DNA of 64,000 bases, taken from assembly GCA_026936335.1 (NCBI GenBank), contig JAPMXV010000052.1:186001-250000 (forward strand). The letters are read 5' to 3'. This document shows positions 32,070-43,086 of the stretch, one piece after another. The DNA is from Mantamonas sphyraenae STR306. Lineage: Eukaryota; Protista; CRuMs. The notes under the pieces are model-generated. The model was not told the origin of the DNA and ran no database searches. It worked only from the letters and a program-made list of their open reading frames with translations. Each line of letters opens with the position of its first letter. The stretch's first letter is position 1. The position numbers and the translations under genes are program-made.

Positions 32070-34058
32070 TTAGCCAAGAATGGCCTGACTCTCTTGGTCG
32101 GCGGCGCCCGAGGCGGCAGAGCCGTCGTTGGCAGCGGCAGGTGTGTCGTCGTCGTCGTCTTCGTCGAGCTGGGCGGCAAAGTTGTTGTTGGCGTACTTTT
32201 CACTGGGCCAGAAGCCGTAGGCAAGGATCCAGGTGAACGAGTTGGCCAGCCAGAACATGACCAGAAAGGTGAGGGCGGCGTTGCGGTTGCCGGCCTGGCC
32301 TGTGGCGACGCGGACGACGATTTGGATGAGGCCTGCAATGGCCAGCGTGATGCTGGGCACGCCGAGGAAGATGAAACGGTTCCTCAGCGACGGCTTCATC
32401 TTGATCACAATCATGCACTGCATGACCAGGTAGAAGAACCAGCCGAGGATGACGAGGTAGACCAGCAGGGCCATGGTAAAGACTGAGGGGAGGGGGAGGG
32501 GGGAAAGACGGGGGGAAGGTGTTAGGTGGGGACGGGTTGGGACAGGATGGGACAGGATGGGACAGGTGGGGACAGGTGGGGACAGGTGGGGACAGGATGG
32601 GGACAGGTGGGGACAGGTGGGGACGGGTGGGGACAGGTGGGGACGGGTGGGGACAGGTGGGGACAGGTGCGGACAGGTGGGGACAGGTGCGGACAGGTGG
32701 GGACAGGTGGGGACGGGTGGGGACAGGTGCGGACAGGTGGGGACAGGTGGGGACGGGTCACTCACAGATGATGGCTTCGACGCGGACGGGGCTGAAAAAG
32801 CTGAGGGAAGGGTCGACGGCATAGCCGAGGATGACAGACGAGGTGCCGAGGAGCATGCAGACAAGGTAGAGGCCAACAATGAGCATCTTGTTGCGGTAGA
32901 ACCTGTTGATGGTGACGCGGAGCTCGTCGCGGCGGAGCTGGTCGAGGATGACGAGCCAGAAGAGGAGGAGGACGGCGCCGTAAAAGACCTCGTTCCAGGC
33001 AGAGAGGAGGTGGAGGAACCAGCCGTGGATGACGTAAGTAAAGGGATAGATAGGATCGCAAAGAAGAATGGTGGCAACAATCATGGCACCAAGGGCCTTT
33101 TGATCAAAGTCCCAGGTGGCAATGGGGCCCTCGCGACGCATGCGGATCCAAAAGATGACGCCGAGAGCGAGGTTGAGGAGAAGAAAGGTGATGCGGAAAC
33201 CAAGCACAAAGCTGGCGTAGTCCTCGTTGAAGTAGGCAAACATGCCCTCGACGTCGCCGAGCCAGCTGGTGTCGTTGCCGCCAACATTGAGCATCTGCAG
33301 ATCGACACGGTACTGCGGGTCGGCAATGTACTCCTGAAAGGCAACGGGCACCGTGTTGCAGCGGCTCTGGCCCGCGGGGCAGTCGAGTTCCTGCTCGACG
33401 ACAAACTGGTTGCCCTGCTTCTGAAAGTCGGTGGCGCCCTGCTTGCGGTGGTAGATGGTGGCTTCCATGCGCAGGAACTTTTTGATGGCTGGAACGGTTG
33501 CGGGTGCGTGGGTGCGTGGGATGCGTGTGGGTGGGTGAGTGGGTGAGTGGGTGGACGGGAGGGGGGGGGTCGGGAAATGCGTCGCGCGTGGACGAGCAAA
33601 CGCACTGAAGAAGCCCTGTTCGTCGGCGTACGGAGTCACCAGATAGGCCCAAAAGGTGTTGAGCGGAGACATGGTCGGAGTGGTGGCTTGGAACACAGAG
33701 GTGTTCTGCGGAGGGTGGAGCAATAGGGAGGGCGAGGGGAGGCACGTGTGAGCAGAGGGGAGGTGGACGGGAGGGCAACGAAGCACGGAGTGGGGGGTAA
33801 GGGGGGGGAGGGGATGGACGGGAGGGAAGGGTACACACTACATACAAACTTCATGGCCACGCCGCCGAGGCAGGCGAGGTTGTGGTGTTCAGGCTGGCCG
33901 TTTGCACCCTTGCAGCCGTACGCGTATTGCTTCGAGGTGGCAATGTTCTCGGGCCCCGCAGCACCGATGGCGACAAAGATGACCAGGAAGACGGCATAGA
34001 CAGCAACATAGGCGATGAATTCGCGGGTGGACCAGTCCTCGAGTTTTGGGATCTTCAT
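32070..34058 (-). CDS. TMEM181/Wntless-like multi-pass membrane protein; 4 exons
   Basis: N-terminus KLEDWSTREFIAYVAVYAVFLVIFVAIGAAGP resembles TMEM181. Introns 33845-33706, 33605-33489 and 32765-32483. C-terminus WILAYGFWPS. Confidence 0.7.
32528..32757. repeat. G-rich 10-bp minisatellite (GGGGACAGGT)n in an intron
   Basis: About 23 tandem copies, with GGGGACGGGT and GCGGACAGGT variants. Confidence 0.95.
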
Positions 34059-34184
34059 GTCGGCGGTGGATTGGGTGTGGTGGCGGGATTGGGCGCTGTA
34101 CTGTATTGAGAGGGGGATTGGGGGGTGAAGGCAGGGACCAGGGGATGAAGGGGGATGGGTCGGTTGGTGGAGGGGAGGGATGTG

Positions 34185-34979
34185 TCAGGCAGTGGAGGGT
34201 TCTGCAGCGATCTCCGAGGCAACGCGCTGGCGTTTGGAGGAGGAGTTGGGAGAGTCGCGGTGCGGGTCGACCTCGAGGTCGTCATACTTGCGACGAAGGC
34301 CACGAAGGACGCGGTTGAAGCGGGAGAGACAGTCGCTGCGTTTGCGGTCGAGGTCCTCCGGGGTGGGTTTTGTGATGGGGTTCATGCTGGGGCTGATCTT
34401 GAGCTGGCGGCCAGCAAGGACGGGGTTGGGCAGGTTGCAGGCACTGCGTGCTGCATCGAGAGTGTGAAACTCGAGAAAGACGTAGCGGGTGGGTGCGTGT
34501 GGGTCGCCAGAGAGGCGCACGTAGTTGACGTCGCCACACTGGCGGAAGTAGTCGATGAGGTGGTCTGCGGTGAGGGTGCCCAGCACGTTGCCAATGTATA
34601 CAGTACGCTCCACCTCTTCTCGCTTCTTCTGGATGACCTGTGCGCTCTCTGCAGAGATGACGGGAGCAAGCGCAGGAGCGGGCGGGGAGGTTTGGAGGGT
34701 GGACGGGGTGGACGGGGTGGACGGGGTGGAGGTGGTGGTGGAAGGGGTGGCACGTGCTTCGGGTAGGGCGACAGCGACGGTGCGTTCCATGAGGGAGATG
34801 CCGCTGAGGCCGAGGGCGATTTGCTGCGCGTCTTCCGAGTCAAACACGACACCTCCGTTGCCCTGGCCGTCCACATGGGCGTGGACAACCCCTCCAGCCG
34901 CTTCAAACACAGCTTTGAGGTCGTCTGCCTGCACCTCGGGGGCGAGGTTGGTCACGACGACGGGGAAGGACGTGGACAT
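34185..34979 (-). CDS. Two-RRM RNA-binding protein (SR/SREK1-like)
   Basis: RRM1 VVVTNLAP..GGVVF. RRM2 RTVYIGNV..LIDYFRQCGDVNYVRLSGD..RYVFLEF. Confidence 0.8.
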   Translation of the reverse strand: MSTSFPVVVTNLAPEVQADDLKAVFEAAGGVVHAHVDGQGNGGVVFDSEDAQQIALGLSGISLMERTVAVALPEARATPSTTTSTPSTPSTPSTLQTSPPAPALAPVISAESAQVIQKKREEVERTVYIGNVLGTLTADHLIDYFRQCGDVNYVRLSGDPHAPTRYVFLEFHTLDAARSACNLPNPVLAGRQLKISPSMNPITKPTPEDLDRKRSDCLSRFNRVLRGLRRKYDDLEVDPHRDSPNSSSKRQRVASEIAAEPSTA

Positions 34980-35080
34980 CGGCGGGGGAGGTGGGATTTC
35001 GGTGGGTGGGGTGGTGGAGAAGGGAGAGCGAGGCCATGCCAGGGTTTTCAGGTGGTTGGAAATTCTTTTGCTTTTATGAT

Positions 35081-36109
35081 TTAGAAGCAGCACTTCCACC
35101 AGCTGCACCAGCCCATGTCGCTATCCTCGACGTCGCTGTCGTTGGAATCGGTGTCGCGGACGTCGCTGCACCGATACGTGCAGCTGCCAAAGAGCTTGGC
35201 AGCAAGCTTAAACTCCTTCTCGGCGTTCTGGCACTGGTAGCGGAAGCGGCCCATGACGGTGGCGCAGCTGCTGCGGCCCTTGAGCGCGTTCTTGTAGGTG
35301 GTGGCAATGGCAACGAGCTTGGTGGACTCCTTGGGGCAACCGTTGCTGTTCAGAGCACCGTACTTGTCGTTGCGGTTGCGCACGCGCGGGTGGCCACTGC
35401 GCTTGGTGTACTTCTTGTAGTCGGCGTGGGCCTTGCCGCCGTTGTTCTGGCAGCTGTGGGGGGGGAGGGAGCAAAACGCGGGCCGGAAATCGACGCGTCA
35501 GCACACAGACATGGTCGGTTGGGGATGGCAAGGAGGAGAAAATGCGGCCGCCAGATGCACGGGATCGGTGGCACATGGTACAACGATGGACCATGCCGGC
35601 CCAGGCAGCTGGCGGGGTTTGGAGGCGATGGGAGAGCGGGGAAAAAAAAGTACAATAGCGCCTGAAAAAAATGTGGAGAAGGAGAGCAAACGCTCCCCAA
35701 GAAGTAGAGGCAGAGAGATGGAGGACGGGGCGCGGGTGGGAGGTGTGGGGTGTACTCACCGCTTGACAAAGCGGCGGAAGCGACCGTAGCGGTCGTCGCT
35801 GTCTTCGTCGCTGACGGAGTTTGCCGAATCGGCGAGAACCTGGTTGACTTCTTCCTCGGCCGAGTCGTTCTCGTCGCTCGAGTCGCTGTCGTCCTCGTCG
35901 TTGTCGTTGTTGTCATCGCTGGACTCGCTGTCGTTCTCCTCCTCGTCGTCCTCGTCGCTCGAGTTGTTCGAGTTGACGAGGGCATCGGCAACCACCTCGG
36001 CCTCTGCGGAAGCCTCGGCGTCCTCGCTGCTGCTGACGTCGCTTTCTGCGACGGCAAGCACCGTGATCATGCCAAGGAGGATGAGCAAGAGAAATGCAAA
36101 CTTGGTCAT
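35081..36109 (-). CDS. Secreted acidic-propiece, Cys-rich protein, family member 2; 2 exons
   Basis: Signal peptide MTKFAFLLLILLGMITVLAVA, an acidic propiece, RFRRFVKR and a phase-2 intron at 35759-35454. Core sequence CQNNGGKA..YGALNSNGCPKESTKLVAIA..LFGSCTYRCSDV..DMGWCSWWKCCF*. Confidence 0.85.
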
Positions 36110-36161
36110 TTGGGGGGGATGCGTGTTTTTGTGTTTGTCCACACGGAGCAGAGCAGACGAT

Positions 36162-37169
36162 CTAGAAACAGCACTTCCACCAGCTGCACCAGCCCATGTC
36201 CTGGTTGGTGTCGGTGTCTCCAACCTGGGTGCCTGCGGTCAGGCCGTCGCGGACGTTGGTGTCGCGGACGTCGCTGCAACGGTACTGGCAGCCGCCAAAC
36301 AGACGGCGTGCGAGCAGATAGGCGCCGTAGGCCTTGTAGCACGCCCAGCGGGAACGGCCCCATATGTGGTAGCAGGCAGACTTGCCGGCCAGCGCGGTTT
36401 TGTACGCACGAGCAATTGCCGTCAGCTTTGCGTTGGTTTTGGGGCATCCGTTGTTGTTGAGATCGCCGTACGTTTCACTGGTTTGGGTCTTGCGGAACCA
36501 GCCCCTGCGGGTGGTCTTGACCTTGGCGTGCTTCTTGTAGTCCTTGGCTGCGTGGCCTCCCGCATTCTTGCAGCTGTGGGGGGAGGGAGGGGAAGGGAGG
36601 GGAAGGGAGGGGAAGGGAGATTATTGAGTGAGTGGGGGAGGCGGGGGGCGGGGAGAAGGGAGGAGGGGCGGGGGAAGGTGGGGGGAAGGGGGCGGGGTGT
36701 CGCCAACTCTGGATGAGCAGAGAGGAGAAAGAAAGGGGGGGGGTGGGAGGGGATGCGGAAAGCTGGGAACGCACGCTTTTTTCAGGGACTTGTCGGTGCG
36801 GCGGAAGAGACGTGTGATGACATTGCCACCTCGGCGACGGCGACGGCGACGGCCCCACAGGTCGGTGTTGTTGTCGGCATCGGAAACCTCGTCGGCAGAC
36901 TCGCCAATGTCGAGGAGCTCTGCGATGTCTTCGTAGCGAGCCACATCGCTGTCGTCAACAGCCGAGGCGACGGCGTTGTACTCGCTGTCAGAAGAGTCGT
37001 CGGAGGAGTCGGCATCGGCAGCCTCCTCGGTGTCCTTCTCGTCGTTGTCGTTGTCGGAGGAGACTTGGGGCTCGGCGGCCTCAGCGGGCTTGACGTCGCT
37101 TTCTGCGACAGCAAGCACGGCAGAGAGACCCAGCAGGATGAGAACAGTGATGGTGAGCTTGGTGTTCAT
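36162..37169 (-). CDS. Secreted acidic-propiece, Cys-rich protein, family member 3; 2 exons (exon 2 is not in the ORF track)
   Basis: Signal peptide MNTKLTITVLILLGLSAVLAVA, an acidic propiece, WGRRRRRRR and a phase-2 intron at 36774-36574. Core sequence CKNAGGHA..YGDLNNNGCPKTNAKLTAIA..LFGGCQYRCSDV..DMGWCSWWKCCF*. Confidence 0.85.
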
Positions 37170-37271
37170 CGTGGTGAAAGGGGGGGGAAAGATGATCAGC
37201 GTTGTGTTGGGTACGCCGGCGGAGGGAGAGCCACGAAAAACCAACTGCTCGCCCATCCAACTCGAGCAAGC

Positions 37272-40200
37272 ATGGGCAACAGCGGAAGTTCGATCGATCC
37301 TGCGCAACAGAGCCTGTTGGACGCGATTGCGAGACATGATCTGAAACGGATGAAGGCGGCGGTGGAAGAGGGGGCGAGCGTGAAAACGGAAGTCGCCGGA
37401 CGGTCTGCGCTGGGCCAATGCATCATCCAGAACTTTGAAGAGGGTGTGGCATACTGCCTGGAGTGCGGAGCTCAGGTGACACTCGGTGTCATCACCACCA
37501 TCTTTGCGGTGGACAACAAGGCGGCGTTGGAACGGTTTCTTCCGAAGCTGGAAGCGAGAAAAGACGCGCAGGACGCATTGCTCCTCGCCGCAGCGCAGCG
37601 GAACGCAGCCTCGTGCATCCGCCACTTGGTGGCGTGTGGCCACGACGTAAACAAGGAGGTGGAGCTTTACGGCACTGTTCTGGGGGCCGCTGTGATTGGA
37701 GGGAACCCGCGTGCGACACGGGCCCTGCTGGCCGCCGGTGCAGAGCTGAAGGGCCCTTCGTACCAATCACTGCTGGCTGCAGCGGCGAGCAATGGAGAGC
37801 CACGCACGCTGCAGTGCATCCTGGACGCTGGGGTCGACGTGGACGAGGTGTGTGCGAGCGGAGAGACGGCCCTGCACAAGGCAGTTCGCCAAGGCAATGG
37901 ACCGGCTGTGGTGCTGCTGCTGCGTGCTGGAGCCCTGTGCAACGTGGCCGACAACCAAGGGTTCTATGCGTTGAACCGGAGCGAGGAGGCGATCTGCAGC
38001 GTGCCGCTGATCCAGCGCGGGGCCTCGTACAGCGGGTCGATTGTGGCCAAGGTGGAAGCACACAGGGAGCTGCTGCAGGGAGTCAATCTGGTTGCGCACG
38101 TGGGCTCGTACGGTGTGCCTGACTTTGGGTACACGGTTCCGTCGGGGTCGCCGTGGACGGTGGACGTGGCGCTGCAGATTGCGGTGCTGATCCAGAGGCG
38201 GATTTTGACGGGGGGACGCGTTGTGACGCCGACTGGGTTGGATGTGGAGATTGGAATGGCAGGTGCGGGCCAGGGCAGCCTGCCGGGGTGTACGCGTGAC
38301 GCAGTGGTGGTTGCGGCGATCCAGAATGTGTATGCGGGGACATCGCACGACTTTTTGGCGCTGGTGGCAGAAAGCCAGGAGGAAGAAGAGGAGGAGGAGG
38401 AGGAGGAGGTGAAGGATTTGGTTCGTGCAGCAGAGCTGGGCGAGCCGAGGCGCATGCTGCGGCTGATTCGCCAGGGGGCCGACGTGGACGCCAAGGACCG
38501 GGTTGGCAACTCTGCGTTGCATCGTGCGTGCGCACGGAACAACGGAGCGGCGGTTGCGGTGCTGCTCAAGGCAGGAGCGAATCCGCACGTGAGAGACAGC
38601 GTGGGGTGGACGGCGTTGCACAAGGCAGAGAGCAACAGATGCATTGTGCCACTGATGCAGGTGGGTGTGTCTGCGACGACGACGACAAAGACAGAGGAGC
38701 TGGAGCAGCTGATGCAGTCGTGGGATCTGGCCAGGCACATTCGGAAGTACGGAGATCCGCAGCTGGGGTGGACGGTGCCGGCAACGGCGCCGTGGGAGTT
38801 GGATGTAGCGCTGCAGATTGTGGACATGGTGCGGGAGGGCGTGCTGACGGGCGGGCACATCCGAACGCCGACGGGGTTGGACGTGGAGATTTCAGAGGAG
38901 GGAGCTGCGATGGAGCTGCCGGAGGATGCGCGGGATGCGCTGTGTGTGGGGGCGGTGAAGGAAAAGTTTGGCAAGGGAGAGTTGGATGTGGAGGCACTGG
39001 TGGTGCTGGCGAGGGAGCAGGAGGAGAACGGGACGGCTGCGGGGCGTGCAGTGAATCTGTCGGCACCGGTGTTGGCAGACGTTGTGAAGGACGGAGAGAT
39101 TGTGGTTCCAGACAAGGTGCGGTTTGAGACGTTGAAGGGACTGGTGCTACTGGACGCGGCGGGGGAGCTGGCCGAGTGTCTGGGACGGTGGGAGGGTGAC
39201 ACGGTGGAGATCCTGGGCATGGCAACGATGTGCGGCTCGTACAAGTGCATTGAGGTGCTGTTGGAGGCCGGTGTGGATCCGCAAACGGCCGTGATCAAGG
39301 CGGCAGCGTGTGGAAAGCGCAAGGCGGTGGAAATGCTGGTGGAGGCCGGGGCGACGCTGGATGGCAACGAAATCGGAAAGACACCGTTGCACTACGCTGC
39401 GTCGAATGGAGAGCCTCGTGCAGTGGGCGCGCTGATTGCCATGGGGATGAACGTCAACGCAAAGGATCGTGGCGATTCGACCCCGCTGCACGAAGCGTGC
39501 CGAAAGGACAACGGGCCTGCCGTGGTCGCTTTGCTCAAGGCTGGTGCCGATCCGAACGTGGCCGACATGCACGGGCGTCTGCCGCTGAACGGAGTCAAAG
39601 GGAACAACAGGTGCATTGTGCCGCTGATGCAGGCGGGGTCGCGGGTGTCGGGCCAGCCTCACACAGAGGTGAAGGAGCAGCTGATGCAGTCGTGGGATCT
39701 GGCAAGACATATCAAGAGGTATGGGGATGCGGAGCTGGGGTGGACGGTGCCCGTGATGGCGCCGTGGGAGTTGGATGTGGCGCTGCAGATTGTGGACATG
39801 GTGCAGGAGGGCGTGTTGACGGGCGGACACATCCGAACGCCGACGGGGTTGGATGTGGAGATTTCCGAGGAGGGAGCTGCGATGGAGCTGCCGGAGGATG
39901 CGCGGGATGCGCTGTGTGTGGGGGCGGTGAAGGAAAAGTTTGGCAAGGGAGAGCTGGATGTGGAGGCGCTGGTGGTGCTGGCGATGGAGCAGGAGGAGAA
40001 CGGGACGGCGGCGGCGCGTGTTCCAGTGCGGCACGAGGAAGTGAAGGAGGATGGTGGTGGTGGCGGCGATGAAGAGGGCGGAGGCGGGGAAAAGGGAAAG
40101 CGCGGGTGGCTGCACAAGATGGATGCCATCTCGTTGAACAAGGGGTGGAAGAAGAGGTGGTTTGTGTTGCAGGATGGCGTGGTGTCTTACTACAAGCACG

Positions 40201-40406
40201 CGGAGGACACGGAGCCGGCGGGAACGATTCCAGTGAGCAGCATTGTGAACGTGCGTGTGCCGTTCAATCTGAGCAAGACGCATCGGAAGCACAACATGAT
40301 TCATGCGTTGGATGTGGTGGTGTCGGGCAGGACGTATGAACTGGCGGCGGAGAGCGAGGAGGAGCGGGATGAGTGGTTGGAGAGGATCAGCGCGGAGGTG
40401 TTTTGA
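37272..40406 (+). CDS. Probably myristoylated ankyrin-repeat protein with 3 copies of an unrecognised domain and a C-terminal PH domain
   Basis: Start MGNSGSS. Ankyrin motifs GETALHKAV, GNSALHRAC and GKTPLHYAA. PH motifs KRGWLHK..WKKRWFVL..YYK..GRTYELAAESEEERDEWLERI. Confidence 0.85.
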   Translation: MGNSGSSIDPAQQSLLDAIARHDLKRMKAAVEEGASVKTEVAGRSALGQCIIQNFEEGVAYCLECGAQVTLGVITTIFAVDNKAALERFLPKLEARKDAQDALLLAAAQRNAASCIRHLVACGHDVNKEVELYGTVLGAAVIGGNPRATRALLAAGAELKGPSYQSLLAAAASNGEPRTLQCILDAGVDVDEVCASGETALHKAVRQGNGPAVVLLLRAGALCNVADNQGFYALNRSEEAICSVPLIQRGASYSGSIVAKVEAHRELLQGVNLVAHVGSYGVPDFGYTVPSGSPWTVDVALQIAVLIQRRILTGGRVVTPTGLDVEIGMAGAGQGSLPGCTRDAVVVAAIQNVYAGTSHDFLALVAESQEEEEEEEEEEVKDLVRAAELGEPRRMLRLIRQGADVDAKDRVGNSALHRACARNNGAAVAVLLKAGANPHVRDSVGWTALHKAESNRCIVPLMQVGVSATTTTKTEELEQLMQSWDLARHIRKYGDPQLGWTVPATAPWELDVALQIVDMVREGVLTGGHIRTPTGLDVEISEEGAAMELPEDARDALCVGAVKEKFGKGELDVEALVVLAREQEENGTAAGRAVNLSAPVLADVVKDGEIVVPDKVRFETLKGLVLLDAAGELAECLGRWEGDTVEILGMATMCGSYKCIEVLLEAGVDPQTAVIKAAACGKRKAVEMLVEAGATLDGNEIGKTPLHYAASNGEPRAVGALIAMGMNVNAKDRGDSTPLHEACRKDNGPAVVALLKAGADPNVADMHGRLPLNGVKGNNRCIVPLMQAGSRVSGQPHTEVKEQLMQSWDLARHIKRYGDAELGWTVPVMAPWELDVALQIVDMVQEGVLTGGHIRTPTGLDVEISEEGAAMELPEDARDALCVGAVKEKFGKGELDVEALVVLAMEQEENGTAAARVPVRHEEVKEDGGGGGDEEGGGGEKGKRGWLHKMDAISLNKGWKKRWFVLQDGVVSYYKHAEDTEPAGTIPVSSIVNVRVPFNLSKTHRKHNMIHALDVVVSGRTYELAAESEEERDEWLERISAEVF

Positions 40407-40429
40407 GGAATGGATTGTGGATTGTGGAG

Positions 40430-41859
40430 TTAGACACGGTCACGGTCGGCGTTGATGGAGCCCGTGGAAGAGGTGGGTGCGGTGGGAGCAGCAGGGACGG
40501 GCTCGGCCGGGGGCGGGCAGCAACTCTCGTCGAGGTTCTCGCAGTCCTTGGCACAGAGCATGTTGCAAGCAGCAACAGCCTCGTCTTGAGTCATGTCGTC
40601 GGTGACAAACTCGGGCTGGATGGTGGAGGAGTGGATGCCGTGGGAGTGGAGGATGGTCTTCATGGCAAAGGCCATGCGTGTGAAGGACGCATGCTCGGGA
40701 CAGCGCACATGGACGGAACAGATGATCTTTTGGTCGGCCAGCTGCCAAACGTGGAGGTCGTGGATGTCCAGCACGTTGTCGATGGCACTGAGCTCGTCGC
40801 GGACGTGTTGGATGTCCAGGTAGTCCGGGACCGACTGGAGCAGGATCATGGAGCAGCGCTTGATGAGAGGAATGGTGCTAAAAAGGATCAGCGCCGTGAT
40901 AAACAGCGAGATGATGGGGTCGAGGAGGAAGCGGCCCTCCCAGTCGGTAAAGGCAATGACGGAGCCGCTGATCATCACGCCCACAGAGCCCAGGAGGTCG
41001 CCCAGGACATGGAGGAAGATGCCATGCATGTTTTCGTGGCCTTCGCTGCTGCCATGGCTGTGGCTGTGGCTGTGGCTGTGGCTGTGGTCGTGGTCGTGGT
41101 CGTGATCATGATCATGATCATGATCGTCCGAGAGAGAGCGGCCGTGCGAGTGCGAGTGCGAGTGCGAGTGGCCAGCGTGGGCGTGGGCATGGCCACTGAA
41201 CATCCAGATGCCAATGAGGTTGACGGCCATGCCGAGTCCGCCGACAATGAGGATCAACGGACCGTCGCTGACGGTGATGGGCTCAAAGAAGCGCTGGATT
41301 GCCTCCATAAATACAAACAGGCACACCGAGACGAGGAAGCTGCCGTTGACGAGACCTGGGAAGGGAGGGGAGGGAGGAGGGGGTGGGAGAGGGGTGAGGG
41401 GACTGCTTCTCACGTTTTTCCACCGCGGGAAAAAGGGGGTGGCGGCGTGGGAGGCGGAAACACACCTCCAAGGACCTCTGCGCGGTCGTAGCCGTATGGA
41501 AGCGAATCTGTCTTTTCCTTTTTGCGGATCTGCAATGGGAGTGTGGATGGGGAGGTGGTGTGAGACCTCACGCGGAGAGAGCGGAGCGACGGAATCTGGA
41601 AAGGGCAGGACGGCCACACACAACGCACTCGGATGGCGAGATAACCAATGACGAGAGACAGGCCGTCGCTGAGCATGTGAAAGGCATCCGAAACGAGGGC
41701 CAGGGAGCCGACGGCGAGGCCAGTGATGAGCTCGACGAGGAAAAAGATGAACACGAGGATACCGAGGATGACCACCTTGCGGCCACGTTCGTCATCCCAC
41801 CAGTGCTCTGTTTTGCGCTTGCCCGTTGTCAGGCCGATTCGTTGGTCTGCTAGATCCAT
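40430..41859 (-). CDS. CDF family zinc transporter (ZnT1/Zrc1-like) with a His-rich loop; 3 exons
   Basis: Motifs SLALVSDAFHMLSD, YGYDRAEVLG, an (HS/HD)n loop, NMHGIFLHVLGDLLGS, HDLHVWQL and HGIHSSTIQPE. Introns 41628-41530 and 41465-41356. Confidence 0.92.
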
Positions 41860-41990
41860 GAAAAGCGGGGGGGGAGGGGGGTTTGTTTGGGGGAGGAAGC
41901 GGGGGAGGGAGGGGTGGGAGGTGCGGGGGCGGGGAATGGGCTGAAACAGGACGGACATGGCATATTCATTCGTTCATTCGTTCACTGCGT

Positions 41991-42810
41991 TCACTGCAGT
42001 TGGAGGGCGAGGTCGGGGTTGAGGACAAGAGCCTGCTGGACGCGGGCAAAGGCGGCGTCGTAGTCACGCTGGAGGTCGTCGAGGTCGGCAAGGAGGGCGG
42101 TGCGTTGGAGCTGGAGGTCTGTGTCGTCTTGGGAGGGGCTGGAGGTGGAGTGGGCAGAGGAGGATGTGGAAAAGTTGCCGGCTCGGATCTGCTGGCCGGC
42201 CAGCCCTTGGAGCTGGCTCACCTGGTCGCTGAGGTCGTCGGCCTGGGCTGTGACGTCGCGGAGCATGCGCTGGAGCTCGTGGCGGCCAGAGCGCTTGTCG
42301 TGGGCGTGCTCAAGCTCAGCCTGGGCCTCGGCGTGCTTGAGCTGGAGCTGGGCAAGCTGCTCTTGGAGGCGTGCGTTTTGAAGATCGACCTGCGAACGTG
42401 TGTCTTTGATGCCCGTGAGCTGGGCTTTGAGCTGGCGGTACTCTTCGCGCACGTCGTCACGCTGGGCAAGGAGGTTGTCGGCCATCTGCTGGTATTCGTC
42501 GTGGACCTTGCGGTCGGCCGTAGTGAAATTGAGCTCGGAGAGGTCGCCCAGGGAAGAGCTGCTGTGATGTTTGGCGGTGGTGGACGGGCCGTTGTGTTGC
42601 TGGCGGAGTTGTTGGGTGCGGCTGCCTTTGGATTTGGGGCCGAGGCCTTCCAGGGAGGACAGGGAGCGCCCCGATTTTTTCCAGGCGGGGTGTGTCGCTG
42701 TCGTCGTCCGAGTCGGAGGAGGTGGTGGATGGGGAGGTGGAGGAGGATGAGGCGAAGCCCTTGAGTACCTCTGCCAGTTTGTCTGGGTTTGGGGATCGTT
42801 GGGCGGACAT
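41991..42810 (-). CDS. Hypothetical coiled-coil protein with a frameshift in an A-run near 42675
   Basis: MSAQRSPNPDKLAEVLKGF..RLEK shifts into KSGRSLSSLEG..EYRQLKAQL..LQEQLAQLQ. Confidence 0.55.
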
Positions 42811-43086
42811 GGTTTGGGGGGGGCTGGGGAAGGGGCCTGGGGCGACTTGTGGGGGGACTTGTGGGTTGGGAGGGGAGGGGGTGTTGGAGATGGAAGACGG
42901 GAGGAAGGGGGAGAGAGAGAGGGAGTGAGAAGTGGGTGTGTGGGGATGGCAAGAGGAAAAAAGTGGGGGAGGCAAACGAGGTGTTGCCTCTGAGTCGTGC
43001 GGAATTGGAGAGGAGTGTGGGGCTGTGGACGTAGGGGACAGGTTGGAGGGATGTGTGGGGGGGGGAATGGGGAAATGGGGATTGGG

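Noticed and set aside
32473-33546. GQVGTGGDRW-repeat ORFs
   Set aside because: These are translations of the intronic 10-bp minisatellite plus antisense TMEM181-like exons.
36753-37271. N-terminal extension of the 1217-aa ORF
   Set aside because: It overlaps exon 1 of secreted family member 3 in antisense. MGNSGS at 37272 is the better start.
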